Source of the DNA: a virus
Direction: 5' to 3' (one strand)
Length of the DNA stretch: 37,258 nt
Virus record (IMG/VR): IMGVR_UViG_3300045988_170598
Coordinates: 1-37,258 of that record
In this document: one piece after another, positions 24,403-31,724 of the stretch
Position numbering within the stretch: position 1 is the stretch's first letter
How the letters are laid out: every line of letters begins with the position of its first letter
Translations under genes and position numbers: made by a program
The notes under the pieces: generated by a model
The model's database searches: none
What the model saw: the letters and a program-made list of their open reading frames with translations, nothing else
What the model was told of the DNA's origin: nothing

Positions 24403-24555
24403 GTGAGCGCAAAAACGAATCATGAAGTGCAGCTTATAGAGTGCATCGAATTTGCTAAAGAAATGTGCAAATTAGATGAAACGGATAAACAATTTGTGGC
24501 TGGGCTAGTAAACGGAATAATTTATTCAAAGAAAAAAGAAACAAAAGGCAATTAG
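24403..24555 (+). CDS. small early protein (50 aa, GTG start), first gene of the rightward operon (Cro position)
   Basis: SD AAGGAG lies 8 nt before the GTG. TAG at 24553-24555. Too short for the ORF track. Confidence 0.5.
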   Translation: MSAKTNHEVQLIECIEFAKEMCKLDETDKQFVAGLVNGIIYSKKKETKGN

Positions 24556-24575
24556 GTAAAAGTGGGGTGAGAGTT

Positions 24576-24740
24576 ATGAGTAAAGAATATTTAGAGAATA
24601 TAGAAATAATAAATGCTTATGTAAAAGAGCTTTCTTTATTAGAATGTAAATCTTCTTTAAATGAAGAAGAAGCTTTAATGAAAGCTGGATTAATAGAAAA
24701 TATAAAAATAAGAGAGGAAAGGCTAAAATATATAGCTTAA
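24576..24740 (+). CDS. small early protein (54 aa)
   Basis: ATG at 24576 after GGGGTGAGAG. TAA at 24738-24740. Confidence 0.45.
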   Translation: MSKEYLENIEIINAYVKELSLLECKSSLNEEEALMKAGLIENIKIREERLKYIA

Positions 24741-24746
24741 TTATAA

Positions 24747-24836
24747 ATGGAAAAGAAATTACTTTTATTTGTAATAGGTATATATGTATTTAGCCTATTA
24801 TTAGTATTTATAAAAGTAGTGTCGTTATATTTTTAA
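24747..24836 (+). CDS. 29-aa hydrophobic peptide MEKKLLLFVIGIYVFSLLLVFIKVVSLYF
   Basis: ATG lies 6 nt after the previous stop. Single TM. The stop lies in the loop of the terminator hairpin. Confidence 0.35.
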   Translation: MEKKLLLFVIGIYVFSLLLVFIKVVSLYF

Positions 24837-24855
24837 AGACACTACTTTTATTTTA
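24813..24855 (+). terminator. rho-independent terminator early in the rightward operon
   Basis: 11-bp stem AAAGTAGTGTC (24813-24823) with GACACTACTTT (24838-24848), then TTTTATTTT. Confidence 0.7.
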
Positions 24856-24871
24856 AAAAGGAGTAATAACT

Positions 24872-25036
24872 ATGCTTTATGTAGAAGCAGCTAAGAATAT
24901 AAGTAATAAAGTTCTTTTAAGATTAGATAGTTTAAAAGAGGATATTGCTATTAAGAAAATCATAGAAGAGGAGGTTTCTAAATGGCAAGAAGAGCGAAGA
25001 AAAAAATATGGTCTGAGAAAGAAGAAGAAGAATTAA
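24872..25036 (+). CDS. possible small ORF (54 aa) overlapping the next gene by 55 nt
   Basis: SD AGGAG lies 8 nt before the ATG. The out-of-frame overlap makes the 3' end doubtful. Confidence 0.3.
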   Translation: MLYVEAAKNISNKVLLRLDSLKEDIAIKKIIEEEVSKWQEERRKKYGLRKKKKN

Positions 25037-25716
25037 GAGAATTTTGGGGAGTTAAATCTATAAATGTATTAGCTAAAAGATTTAATGTAAATGCTAGGCA
25101 AGTTATTAATAAAGCAAGTGTTTTGAAACTTGGAACATGGATAGAGAATTCAGAGTACCTAACCTTTATGGAAGTAATAACAGCTCTAGGACAAAAATCG
25201 AGTGGCTATGCATATAAAAGGTTGAAGAAATTAAATATACCTTTAGTTAAAGTAGTTAGGTGTCAATCTAAAGAAATGGTTGATATGAGAAAATTTTGGG
25301 AATGGGCTGAAGAGAATAAAAAACAACTAAATTTTGCTAAATTTGAAAAAGGAGCTTTGGGAAAAGAGCCAGATTGGGTCGATGAAAAAAGGAAACTAGA
25401 TTATAAAAATCCAACAAAACATTCAAAAAAATGGAGTAAGGAAAGTGAACAGTTGCTTATAAAAAATGCTACATCAGGTAAATATACATTACCTGAAATA
25501 GCTAAAGATTTCGCAAGAACTGAATCAGCTATAAGAAGGAAACTATCAAGATTAGGTGTTAAAAGTAATTTTAAAAGATTAGAACAAGTAAAGTGGAATG
25601 ATCTAGAAAAAATTAAATTAGTTGAACTTGAAAAAGAACATGATATATATACTATTGCTAAGATGTTGAATAGAAGTGAAACAAGTGTAACTAAGAAGTT
25701 AGGAGTGTTAGCTTAA
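24982..25716 (+). CDS. DNA-binding protein with three Myb/SANT-like HTH repeats
   Basis: Three W(S/N)xxxE...(R/K)KL..LGV units, at aa 10-52, 150-193 and 205-243. SD GAGGAGG upstream. Confidence 0.5.
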   Translation: MARRAKKKIWSEKEEEELREFWGVKSINVLAKRFNVNARQVINKASVLKLGTWIENSEYLTFMEVITALGQKSSGYAYKRLKKLNIPLVKVVRCQSKEMVDMRKFWEWAEENKKQLNFAKFEKGALGKEPDWVDEKRKLDYKNPTKHSKKWSKESEQLLIKNATSGKYTLPEIAKDFARTESAIRRKLSRLGVKSNFKRLEQVKWNDLEKIKLVELEKEHDIYTIAKMLNRSETSVTKKLGVLA

Positions 25717-26108
25717 TGAGAATTTGTAAACTGTGTGGCAGTACATACAATATACAAGCTCATCATATAGTGAGTAGGAAACAACAACCAGCACTTGTTA
25801 ATTGTAAATTAAACTTAGTAGATCTATGTGCTGATTGCCATGTTGCTGGACCAAATGCAATACATAATAAAGGCTTTGTTAATCTTAAAAAATTAAGATT
25901 GGCAAAACAAAGAGAATATTTTGAAATATTTTCTGAAGAGTTTTATACAAAAGATATTATAAAAGATATTTTAGAAATAAGACAAAAAGAAGTGGATATG
26001 TTATTGAAGACTATTGTTCCAGTAAAAATAAATTTATATAGAAAAGAAGATGTTATAAGAGCTTTGATGGGTGGAAAACTTTTAATTGATGTAGGGCAGT
26101 ATATATGA
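25716..26108 (+). CDS. HNH-type endonuclease (130 aa)
   Basis: CKLCGS...AHHIVSR...NLVDLCADCH...H motif. Confidence 0.6.
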   Translation: MRICKLCGSTYNIQAHHIVSRKQQPALVNCKLNLVDLCADCHVAGPNAIHNKGFVNLKKLRLAKQREYFEIFSEEFYTKDIIKDILEIRQKEVDMLLKTIVPVKINLYRKEDVIRALMGGKLLIDVGQYI

Positions 26109-26449
26109 ATCCACAAATATTATTAGAGCTATTAGATAAAAGATTAGAAGAGCTTTCTAATTTAAATGATGTGCTTACTAGTCTTGGAGAAGAAAAAGCT
26201 AAAGCAGAAGCTGTTTATAAAATTGAATTAAGAAAAGAGCTTTTAAACCTAAGGACAGAAAAAGTACAAGTTTCTATTATAAATGATATGGCCAAAGGCA
26301 AAAAAGAAATTGCTACTTTAAGATATAAAAGAGATATAGCAGCTAGCAATTATTTTACATGTATAAGTGCTATAGATAATAAAAGATTAGAAATAGAAGT
26401 GCTTAGAAGCAAGCTTACGTGGTTAAGAGTAGAGCTTAAAAATAATTAG
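26105..26449 (+). CDS. hypothetical coiled-coil protein (114 aa)
   Basis: Overlapping start/stop (ATGA). No family recognised. Confidence 0.55.
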   Translation: MNPQILLELLDKRLEELSNLNDVLTSLGEEKAKAEAVYKIELRKELLNLRTEKVQVSIINDMAKGKKEIATLRYKRDIAASNYFTCISAIDNKRLEIEVLRSKLTWLRVELKNN

Positions 26450-26478
26450 GCGTTAATAGTTACTAGATATTAACGCCT
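26448..26478 (+). other. 11-bp-stem hairpin without U-tail, upstream of the HUH Rep gene
   Basis: AGGCGTTAATA / TATTAACGCCT. The loop and 3' arm contain TACTAGATATTAAC, which is repeated at 26566-26579. Confidence 0.6.
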
Positions 26479-26635
26479 GATATTGAAAAATATTTTGAAA
26501 AATAAATTATAGTTTTATATTAATTGTAAATTTTTTAAAAGTCAATGATGGCTTTTTAGTCCTTGTACTAGATATTAACTTAACGACCATTTATAAAACA
26601 AAAGAATAGAATAAGTAGATAGAAGAGGGTAACAC

Positions 26636-27379
26636 ATGGCATGGAGAGAAAAGAGGATCTATTCTGGTGATATGTTAGAAATAGAAATCTACCCTATTTC
26701 TATACAAGAGAAAAATAAAAGTAGAAGTAGAAAGAAAAGAGAAAGTAGTTTAGGGCAAAGAAATCTAAATGAAAAAAATAGCAAGAAAAATATAGTAAGA
26801 CTTATAAATACAAATTTTACTGAAAAAGATTTAGGGGTAACACTAACATATAAAGAAAATGAACTACCAGAAAGTTTAGAAGAAGCTAAAAAAGATGTAT
26901 CAAATTTTATTAGAAGAGTAAAAAGATATTTAAAGAAGAATAAGCTTCCAGATCTAAAATATATATCAGTTGTTGAGTATAAAGAAAAGCGTAAAAATAA
27001 TAAAGCTGTTAGAATACATCATCATTTAATAATGAGTGGAGATATTGGAAGAGATAAATTAGAAAGTTTATGGAACAAAGGAAGATGTAATACTTATAGG
27101 TTGCAAAGTGATGATTTTGGTTTTGAAGGAATCGCAAAATACATGCTTAAAGATCCTAAAGGAAATAGAAGGTATTCAGCTTCAAGAAATTTAAAAAAAC
27201 CAGTTATAAAAATAAATGATTCTAAATATAGCAGAAGAAAAGTTTATAACTTAGCTACTGGACAAGGAGAAGATTTTGAAGAGATGTTTAAGGAATATAA
27301 ACTTTCTGATTTTAAGCATGTTGTAAATGATGAATTGGGAGCTGTATTCATAAATGTAAAAATGAAAAAACGGGAGTGA
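26636..27379 (+). CDS. HUH-superfamily (rolling-circle type) replication initiator / nicking endonuclease
   Basis: Motif I VTLTY (26837-26851), motif II RIHHHLIM (HHH at 27017-27025) and motif III AKYMLK (Tyr at 27140-27142). Confidence 0.65.
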   Translation: MAWREKRIYSGDMLEIEIYPISIQEKNKSRSRKKRESSLGQRNLNEKNSKKNIVRLINTNFTEKDLGVTLTYKENELPESLEEAKKDVSNFIRRVKRYLKKNKLPDLKYISVVEYKEKRKNNKAVRIHHHLIMSGDIGRDKLESLWNKGRCNTYRLQSDDFGFEGIAKYMLKDPKGNRRYSASRNLKKPVIKINDSKYSRRKVYNLATGQGEDFEEMFKEYKLSDFKHVVNDELGAVFINVKMKKRE

Positions 27380-27383
27380 ATGA

Positions 27384-27426
27384 AGTAATACTATGATATT
27401 ACATGAGTAATACTATAGCGTTACAT
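27384..27426 (+). repeat. two tandem 22-bp repeats upstream of the wHTH gene
   Basis: agtaatactatgatattacat (27384-27404) and agtaatactatagcgttacat (27406-27426). Confidence 0.8.
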
Positions 27427-27431
27427 AAAAT

Positions 27432-27707
27432 ATGGAAAAGAAATATTTAGAACACATAGTAAGCTTAGAAGAATTAAAAGCAAGTCATTACAGAGTATTA
27501 CTTTTATTAAATATAGACAAGCTTACTCAAACAGATATTGCAAGAAAGCTAGATATAAAAAGACAGAATGTAAATAAAATATTTAAGACCTTAATAGAGT
27601 ATGGACTAATAGAAGAGGTTGAAACTGTAGGTAAAAGTAAATTTTTTAAAGCAGTAGATCCTAAAAAAATTAATCTTAACATACCAGGGCAATTAAAGTT
27701 TGTATAG
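27432..27707 (+). CDS. winged-helix (MarR-like) DNA-binding protein (91 aa)
   Basis: YRVLLLLNIDKLTQTDIARKLDIKRQNVNKIFKTLIEYGLIE pattern. Confidence 0.6.
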   Translation: MEKKYLEHIVSLEELKASHYRVLLLLNIDKLTQTDIARKLDIKRQNVNKIFKTLIEYGLIEEVETVGKSKFFKAVDPKKINLNIPGQLKFV

Positions 27708-27719
27708 AAGGTGGATTAA

Positions 27720-27878
27720 ATGAAAATGAGTAAAGAAGAATTTGTTAGAAGAGCATCAAAGGAAATGGCTAAAAAGAAGAGGAAAAGAGAAATGCTTGAG
27801 TATGATTCAAAGAGTTATAAATTTAATGTTCTTGGAAAAGCTAGAGCAAAACTTATGAAAAAGAAATTTTACAGGTAA
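27720..27878 (+). CDS. small basic protein (52 aa), not in the ORF track
   Basis: SD GAAGGTGGA before the ATG at 27720. TAA at 27876-27878. Confidence 0.5.
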   Translation: MKMSKEEFVRRASKEMAKKKRKREMLEYDSKSYKFNVLGKARAKLMKKKFYR

Positions 27879-27886
27879 GTAAATTT

Positions 27887-28042
27887 ATGTTTAAGAAAAA
27901 GTTAAAGCAATTATTTTGTGAACACCAGTATAAAGAAGAAAGAGAAAGAGTACCCTTTTATGCTAAAAATGGAGATTTAATTTATTTAAGATGTGTTAAA
28001 TGTGGGAAAGTGAAAAATAGAGAATTTCAATCAAGGGAGTAA
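27887..28042 (+). CDS. small protein (51 aa) with a C..H...C..C zinc-ribbon-like pattern, not in the ORF track
   Basis: ATG at 27887 after AGGTAAG. TAA at 28040-28042. Confidence 0.45.
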   Translation: MFKKKLKQLFCEHQYKEERERVPFYAKNGDLIYLRCVKCGKVKNREFQSRE

Positions 28043-28048
28043 AGAAGT

Positions 28049-29032
28049 ATGGAAGAGAAGCTAAAGTTGAATGCAGCACAAGAAAAATTTTTTAAAAATA
28101 TTGTAGAACATTTAGATAGATCACCAGAGGAAGTTAAAAGAGCATTGAATATAAACAGACAACAAAGGAAGCAATATCTTAAGGAGCAAGAGAAAAAATT
28201 AAGAGCTGTTAAAAATCTTACGCCAATACAAATTTCTATTATGAAAGAAGTTGTTGATAAAGAAAAAGAAAAATCTCAAAATACTGTAGCTGAATACACA
28301 ATGAGTTTGTATAGCTCAGTTAATTCAGTTTTATATTCTGATTTTAATTTTAATGGTGATGAATCAGTTAAACTTTGGGAAAAGGTAGAAAATATACTAG
28401 ATGAAGATAAAGCAGCAAGAAAAGAATTAAGTAAAATATCACAAGAGGAGTGGAGAAAGATGGAACAACAAGTAAATGAGTTTATTAAAAAGGAATTAGA
28501 ACAAGGGAAAAAGCAAAAAGAGATAATAGAGGAGCTTAAGAAGAAGTTCCCTAAGCTATCTACAGCTATGAGAGTTAATGCTATTAAAGAAGTTAAAGAA
28601 GGATGGAAGGAAGAAAATAAATTAATAGTTAAAGAAAGACAAGCTAAGGCTGATGAAGAAGTTAAAGCTATTAATAGAGATGAAGCAAAAAATATAGCTA
28701 CATCATGGAAACCTTGCGAAGAAGAAGCGGACTTAAAAGTTGATACTAAAGAATTTGAAAAACAGATGGAAGGGGTTGGTCAAGTGGCAAATGATATTAA
28801 AGGTAGTGCTATATGTCAGGACAACGTAGGAGTTACTTTTACTGTGAAAGGTATAGTAGAGCAGTTAAGAGAACAACAAGAATTTAGAAAACAAAAAGTT
28901 GAGAAAGCTAATAAAGAGCTTGAAGAGTTAGAAAAATTAATTGCAGCTAAGAAAGAAGAAATTAATAAAGCTGAAGAGGAAATAGGAAGAATAGAAGAAG
29001 CAGCAGCTATATTAGAACCAGTTAATATTTAA
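28049..29032 (+). CDS. hypothetical K/E-rich coiled-coil protein (327 aa)
   Basis: Long ORF in the early operon. No family recognised. Confidence 0.6.
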   Translation: MEEKLKLNAAQEKFFKNIVEHLDRSPEEVKRALNINRQQRKQYLKEQEKKLRAVKNLTPIQISIMKEVVDKEKEKSQNTVAEYTMSLYSSVNSVLYSDFNFNGDESVKLWEKVENILDEDKAARKELSKISQEEWRKMEQQVNEFIKKELEQGKKQKEIIEELKKKFPKLSTAMRVNAIKEVKEGWKEENKLIVKERQAKADEEVKAINRDEAKNIATSWKPCEEEADLKVDTKEFEKQMEGVGQVANDIKGSAICQDNVGVTFTVKGIVEQLREQQEFRKQKVEKANKELEELEKLIAAKKEEINKAEEEIGRIEEAAAILEPVNI

Positions 29033-29091
29033 AAGGGTATATGGCTCGTTAGATTTATATTTAACGAGCCATGGATTAAAGGAGAATTAGT

Positions 29092-29277
29092 ATGAAAGAT
29101 ACAGGTGTATGTAAATTGTGTGGTAAGAATATTAATTCTTATGATGCAAGAATGGTTTATAAAACAAGTGATGGAAGTGAATTATTAAATTTTTGTATGG
29201 CTCATGAAGGTGATTCTAAAATAAGTGAAATGATAAACATAACAGAAGCAAAAATATGTTTGGGTAAGAAAAGGTGA
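29092..29277 (+). CDS. hypothetical small protein (61 aa), Cys/His-containing
   Basis: SD AAAGGAG upstream. Confidence 0.5.
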   Translation: MKDTGVCKLCGKNINSYDARMVYKTSDGSELLNFCMAHEGDSKISEMINITEAKICLGKKR

Positions 29278-29606
29278 GTGCTATGAAGAAAAGTTGTTTA
29301 GAATGTTACTTTAAATATTCAGAGCCTGAAGGGTGTACTTGGGGAGAAGGAGATTTTGGGAAAGAAATATGTAATAAGTACACTAGAAAATGCTGTGAAT
29401 GTTCTGATCAAGCTAATTATAAATATAATAGGAAATACTATTGCACAGATTGTTTATTAGAAAAATTTGATATAGAAGAGGAAAGAACAACTAGATATTA
29501 TTTAGGAACTAGATATCTTGGTGACGATGATGATATTGATACTGTTGTTAAAAACTTAAATGAAGGTATTAAAAAAATAGAAGATGAGGAGAAGTATAAT
29601 GAGTAA
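29274..29606 (+). CDS. hypothetical Cys-rich protein (110 aa)
   Basis: Several CxxC pairs. Start overlaps the upstream stop. Confidence 0.5.
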   Translation: MSAMKKSCLECYFKYSEPEGCTWGEGDFGKEICNKYTRKCCECSDQANYKYNRKYYCTDCLLEKFDIEEERTTRYYLGTRYLGDDDDIDTVVKNLNEGIKKIEDEEKYNE

Positions 29607-29832
29607 ATTAAATATAAAGTTAAGTTATAAGAATGCATGTATATTAAAACATGCATTAAGAGATAAAGTGAATGATACTAGAATATTTCTAGAAAGTCCA
29701 GGAGTTGTAGAGATTGAAGAAAAGGAATTAGAAAGATTAGAAAAAGAACATGAAGAAGAGAAAAGAGCTTTAGCAGCGATAACTGAAGAAATAGAAAGAT
29801 ATAGTATAAGATTTCCAAGAAGGAGTAAATGA
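29584..29832 (+). CDS. hypothetical protein (82 aa)
   Basis: Tracked ORF overlapping its neighbours at both ends, as is usual in phage early operons. Confidence 0.45.
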   Translation: MRRSIMSKLNIKLSYKNACILKHALRDKVNDTRIFLESPGVVEIEEKELERLEKEHEEEKRALAAITEEIERYSIRFPRRSK

Positions 29833-30257
29833 TGAGTAGAGAGATTAAGTTTAGAGGTTGGGATTCGGTAAATAAAGTTATGTTGCCAGTTGAATCAATA
29901 AATTTTAGAGAAGGATATGTTTCTTTAAATGAAGGTGATAATTCATTAACTGATACTTTAGAAATGATTGAGTTAATGCAATATACAGGTTTTGATGATA
30001 CAAAAAATAAAGAGATTTACGAGGGTGATATATTACATGTTATTAAGGTTAATATGTGTGGAGTAGATAAGTGCAATATAGCTGAATATAATACTGATGT
30101 TAAATGGGAGGATGGAGTTTTTGTTATTAAAGGGGATGCAGATACTAGTTATTATGATACTTGGATAGCAGCATATGATAATCCTGATAGTCCTCAAATT
30201 GAAATTGAAGTGATAGGAAACATATATGAGAATCCAGATTTATTATATGAGCTATAA
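29829..30257 (+). CDS. YopX-family protein
   Basis: REIKFRGWD...LMQYTGFDDTKNKEIYEGDIL...VIGNIYENPDLL signature. Confidence 0.75.
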   Translation: MMSREIKFRGWDSVNKVMLPVESINFREGYVSLNEGDNSLTDTLEMIELMQYTGFDDTKNKEIYEGDILHVIKVNMCGVDKCNIAEYNTDVKWEDGVFVIKGDADTSYYDTWIAAYDNPDSPQIEIEVIGNIYENPDLLYEL

Positions 30258-30270
30258 GAGGTAGAGAAGA

Positions 30271-30555
30271 ATGAAATTTAAAAAGTTAACAGTAATATGT
30301 ATAAGAGGGTTTATAACATATAGAAGTGGAAAAGTGACAGCTGATGTTGAAAAAGAGGAGATATATGAAGCAAAACTATATGAACCAACAGGAGAATATT
30401 TTGCGAAAGATAGTAAGGGAAGAGAGTTCTTAGTTGGAGAAATTAGTTTTGATAAAAGAACTGTAATATTAGAAAAAGAATTTATATTACTAGGAATTGG
30501 TTTAGCTAAAGGGGAAGAAAAAAACTGTTCTAATTTGGAAGAGGTGAAGGAATGA
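30271..30555 (+). CDS. hypothetical protein (94 aa)
   Basis: Tracked ORF with SD GAGGTAGAG. Confidence 0.5.
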   Translation: MKFKKLTVICIRGFITYRSGKVTADVEKEEIYEAKLYEPTGEYFAKDSKGREFLVGEISFDKRTVILEKEFILLGIGLAKGEEKNCSNLEEVKE

Positions 30556-30800
30556 GGACTATAATAAAAAGTGCAAGTGAAAGTTTTTTTATTAGATTGA
30601 ATTTAGGATCCAAAATTGCTTATGAAGTATTTAGAAAAGAGGCTAAATTTAAAGGAAAAGAAGTAGTAGTATTACAAGTAATGCATTGTACTAATGAAGT
30701 TGTTATCGTAGAGCTTATACATAAAGAAGATTATGCTGGAAAAAAGTATTACCACAATGGTGAACTTATAGAGGAGAATAAAGATGAAAGTATCATGTGA
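30552..30800 (+). CDS. hypothetical protein (82 aa)
   Basis: Tracked ORF. Start overlaps the upstream stop. Confidence 0.5.
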   Translation: MRTIIKSASESFFIRLNLGSKIAYEVFRKEAKFKGKEVVVLQVMHCTNEVVIVELIHKEDYAGKKYYHNGELIEENKDESIM

Positions 30801-31086
30801 TGAATGTAAAGAAAGTTTTGAAATAAAAATAAAAGAAGAAAAAGTAAAAGGTGAAATAAGAAGAGCATTTTTTAAATGCCCTTCTTGTGGTAAAAAGTAT
30901 ATATCATACTATTCGAATGATAAGATTAAAAAATTACAAGAGCAATCAAGAGATCTGCTTAATAAAATGTGTTCTTTAGATTTGAGTATTAAAGAATTTG
31001 ATAAATTATTTAATAAAAGAAAAAAGGTAATAATTGAAACTAAAAAAGAAATGGAAAGATTAAAGAATATATATGGGAGCTTATAA
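30784..31086 (+). CDS. zinc-ribbon protein (100 aa)
   Basis: CDEC...CPSC pairs followed by a basic coiled coil. Confidence 0.5.
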   Translation: MKVSCDECKESFEIKIKEEKVKGEIRRAFFKCPSCGKKYISYYSNDKIKKLQEQSRDLLNKMCSLDLSIKEFDKLFNKRKKVIIETKKEMERLKNIYGSL

Positions 31087-31112
31087 TCCTAAATGATAAA
31101 AAGGGGAATAGA

Positions 31113-31574
31113 ATGGAAGCAACTAAATTTAATAAAGAGAAAGAAGAGTATAGAGAAGTAGAAGAGATATTAAAAGGATATAGAGATCTATTAGATAGAA
31201 TAGAAACTATAAAAGAAGAGATGAGAGAACTTAAAGAGTTTTATTTAGGATGCGGAGCAATAGAATATAGAGAATGTACGGGAACAACTTATAAATTTAA
31301 TAGCAGCGTAGAAAATGAGGTTGTTGATAAGGAGAAGAGGTTGGCACAGCTTAATATTGAGTTAACTAGATGTACTATATTAAAAAATAGAATAGATAAT
31401 GCTGTAAGTAAATTAGAAGATGTAGATAAAAAAGTAATAGAGTATAGATATATAAATAAAAGAAGTTTAGGCTGGAAAGAAATCGCTTTTGCAATAAACT
31501 ATAGTGAAAGCCATTGCAGGAATAGAATTAAGCCGAGAGCGATTAAAAGTATGATTAGACATATAATTTATTAA
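31113..31574 (+). CDS. ArpU/RinA-like late transcription regulator (sigma-70 region-4-like C-terminus)
   Basis: 153 aa, last gene before the packaging module. The C-terminal VIEYRYINKRSLGWKEIAFAINYSESHCRNRIKPRAIKSM resembles a sigma region-4 HTH. Confidence 0.6.
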   Translation: MEATKFNKEKEEYREVEEILKGYRDLLDRIETIKEEMRELKEFYLGCGAIEYRECTGTTYKFNSSVENEVVDKEKRLAQLNIELTRCTILKNRIDNAVSKLEDVDKKVIEYRYINKRSLGWKEIAFAINYSESHCRNRIKPRAIKSMIRHIIY

Positions 31575-31584
31575 TTAAATGTAG

Positions 31585-31604
31585 CAACTTTGTGACAACT
31601 TTGT
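31585..31604 (+). repeat. direct repeat CAACTTTGT x2 (11-bp period) overlapping a possible promoter TTGTAA-16-TATATA
   Basis: Repeat copies at 31585-31593 and 31596-31604. TTGTAA at 31601-31606 and TATATA at 31623-31628. Confidence 0.5.
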
Positions 31605-31647
31605 AACAAGTAAATATGCTAGTATATAAGTGTAGATAAAAGGCATT

Positions 31648-31675
31648 GCCATATGCCATATGCTATATGCCATTG
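31648..31675 (+). repeat. 4 x 7-bp tandem repeat GCCATAT GCCATAT GCTATAT GCCATTG
   Basis: Read directly. An upstream GGCAT (31642-31646) can pair with ATGCC at three alternative positions. Confidence 0.85.
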
Positions 31676-31724
31676 TGATTGCTTATTTGACTAATGTTCT
31701 AGCAAGGTAAAAGCCTTGCTATGT

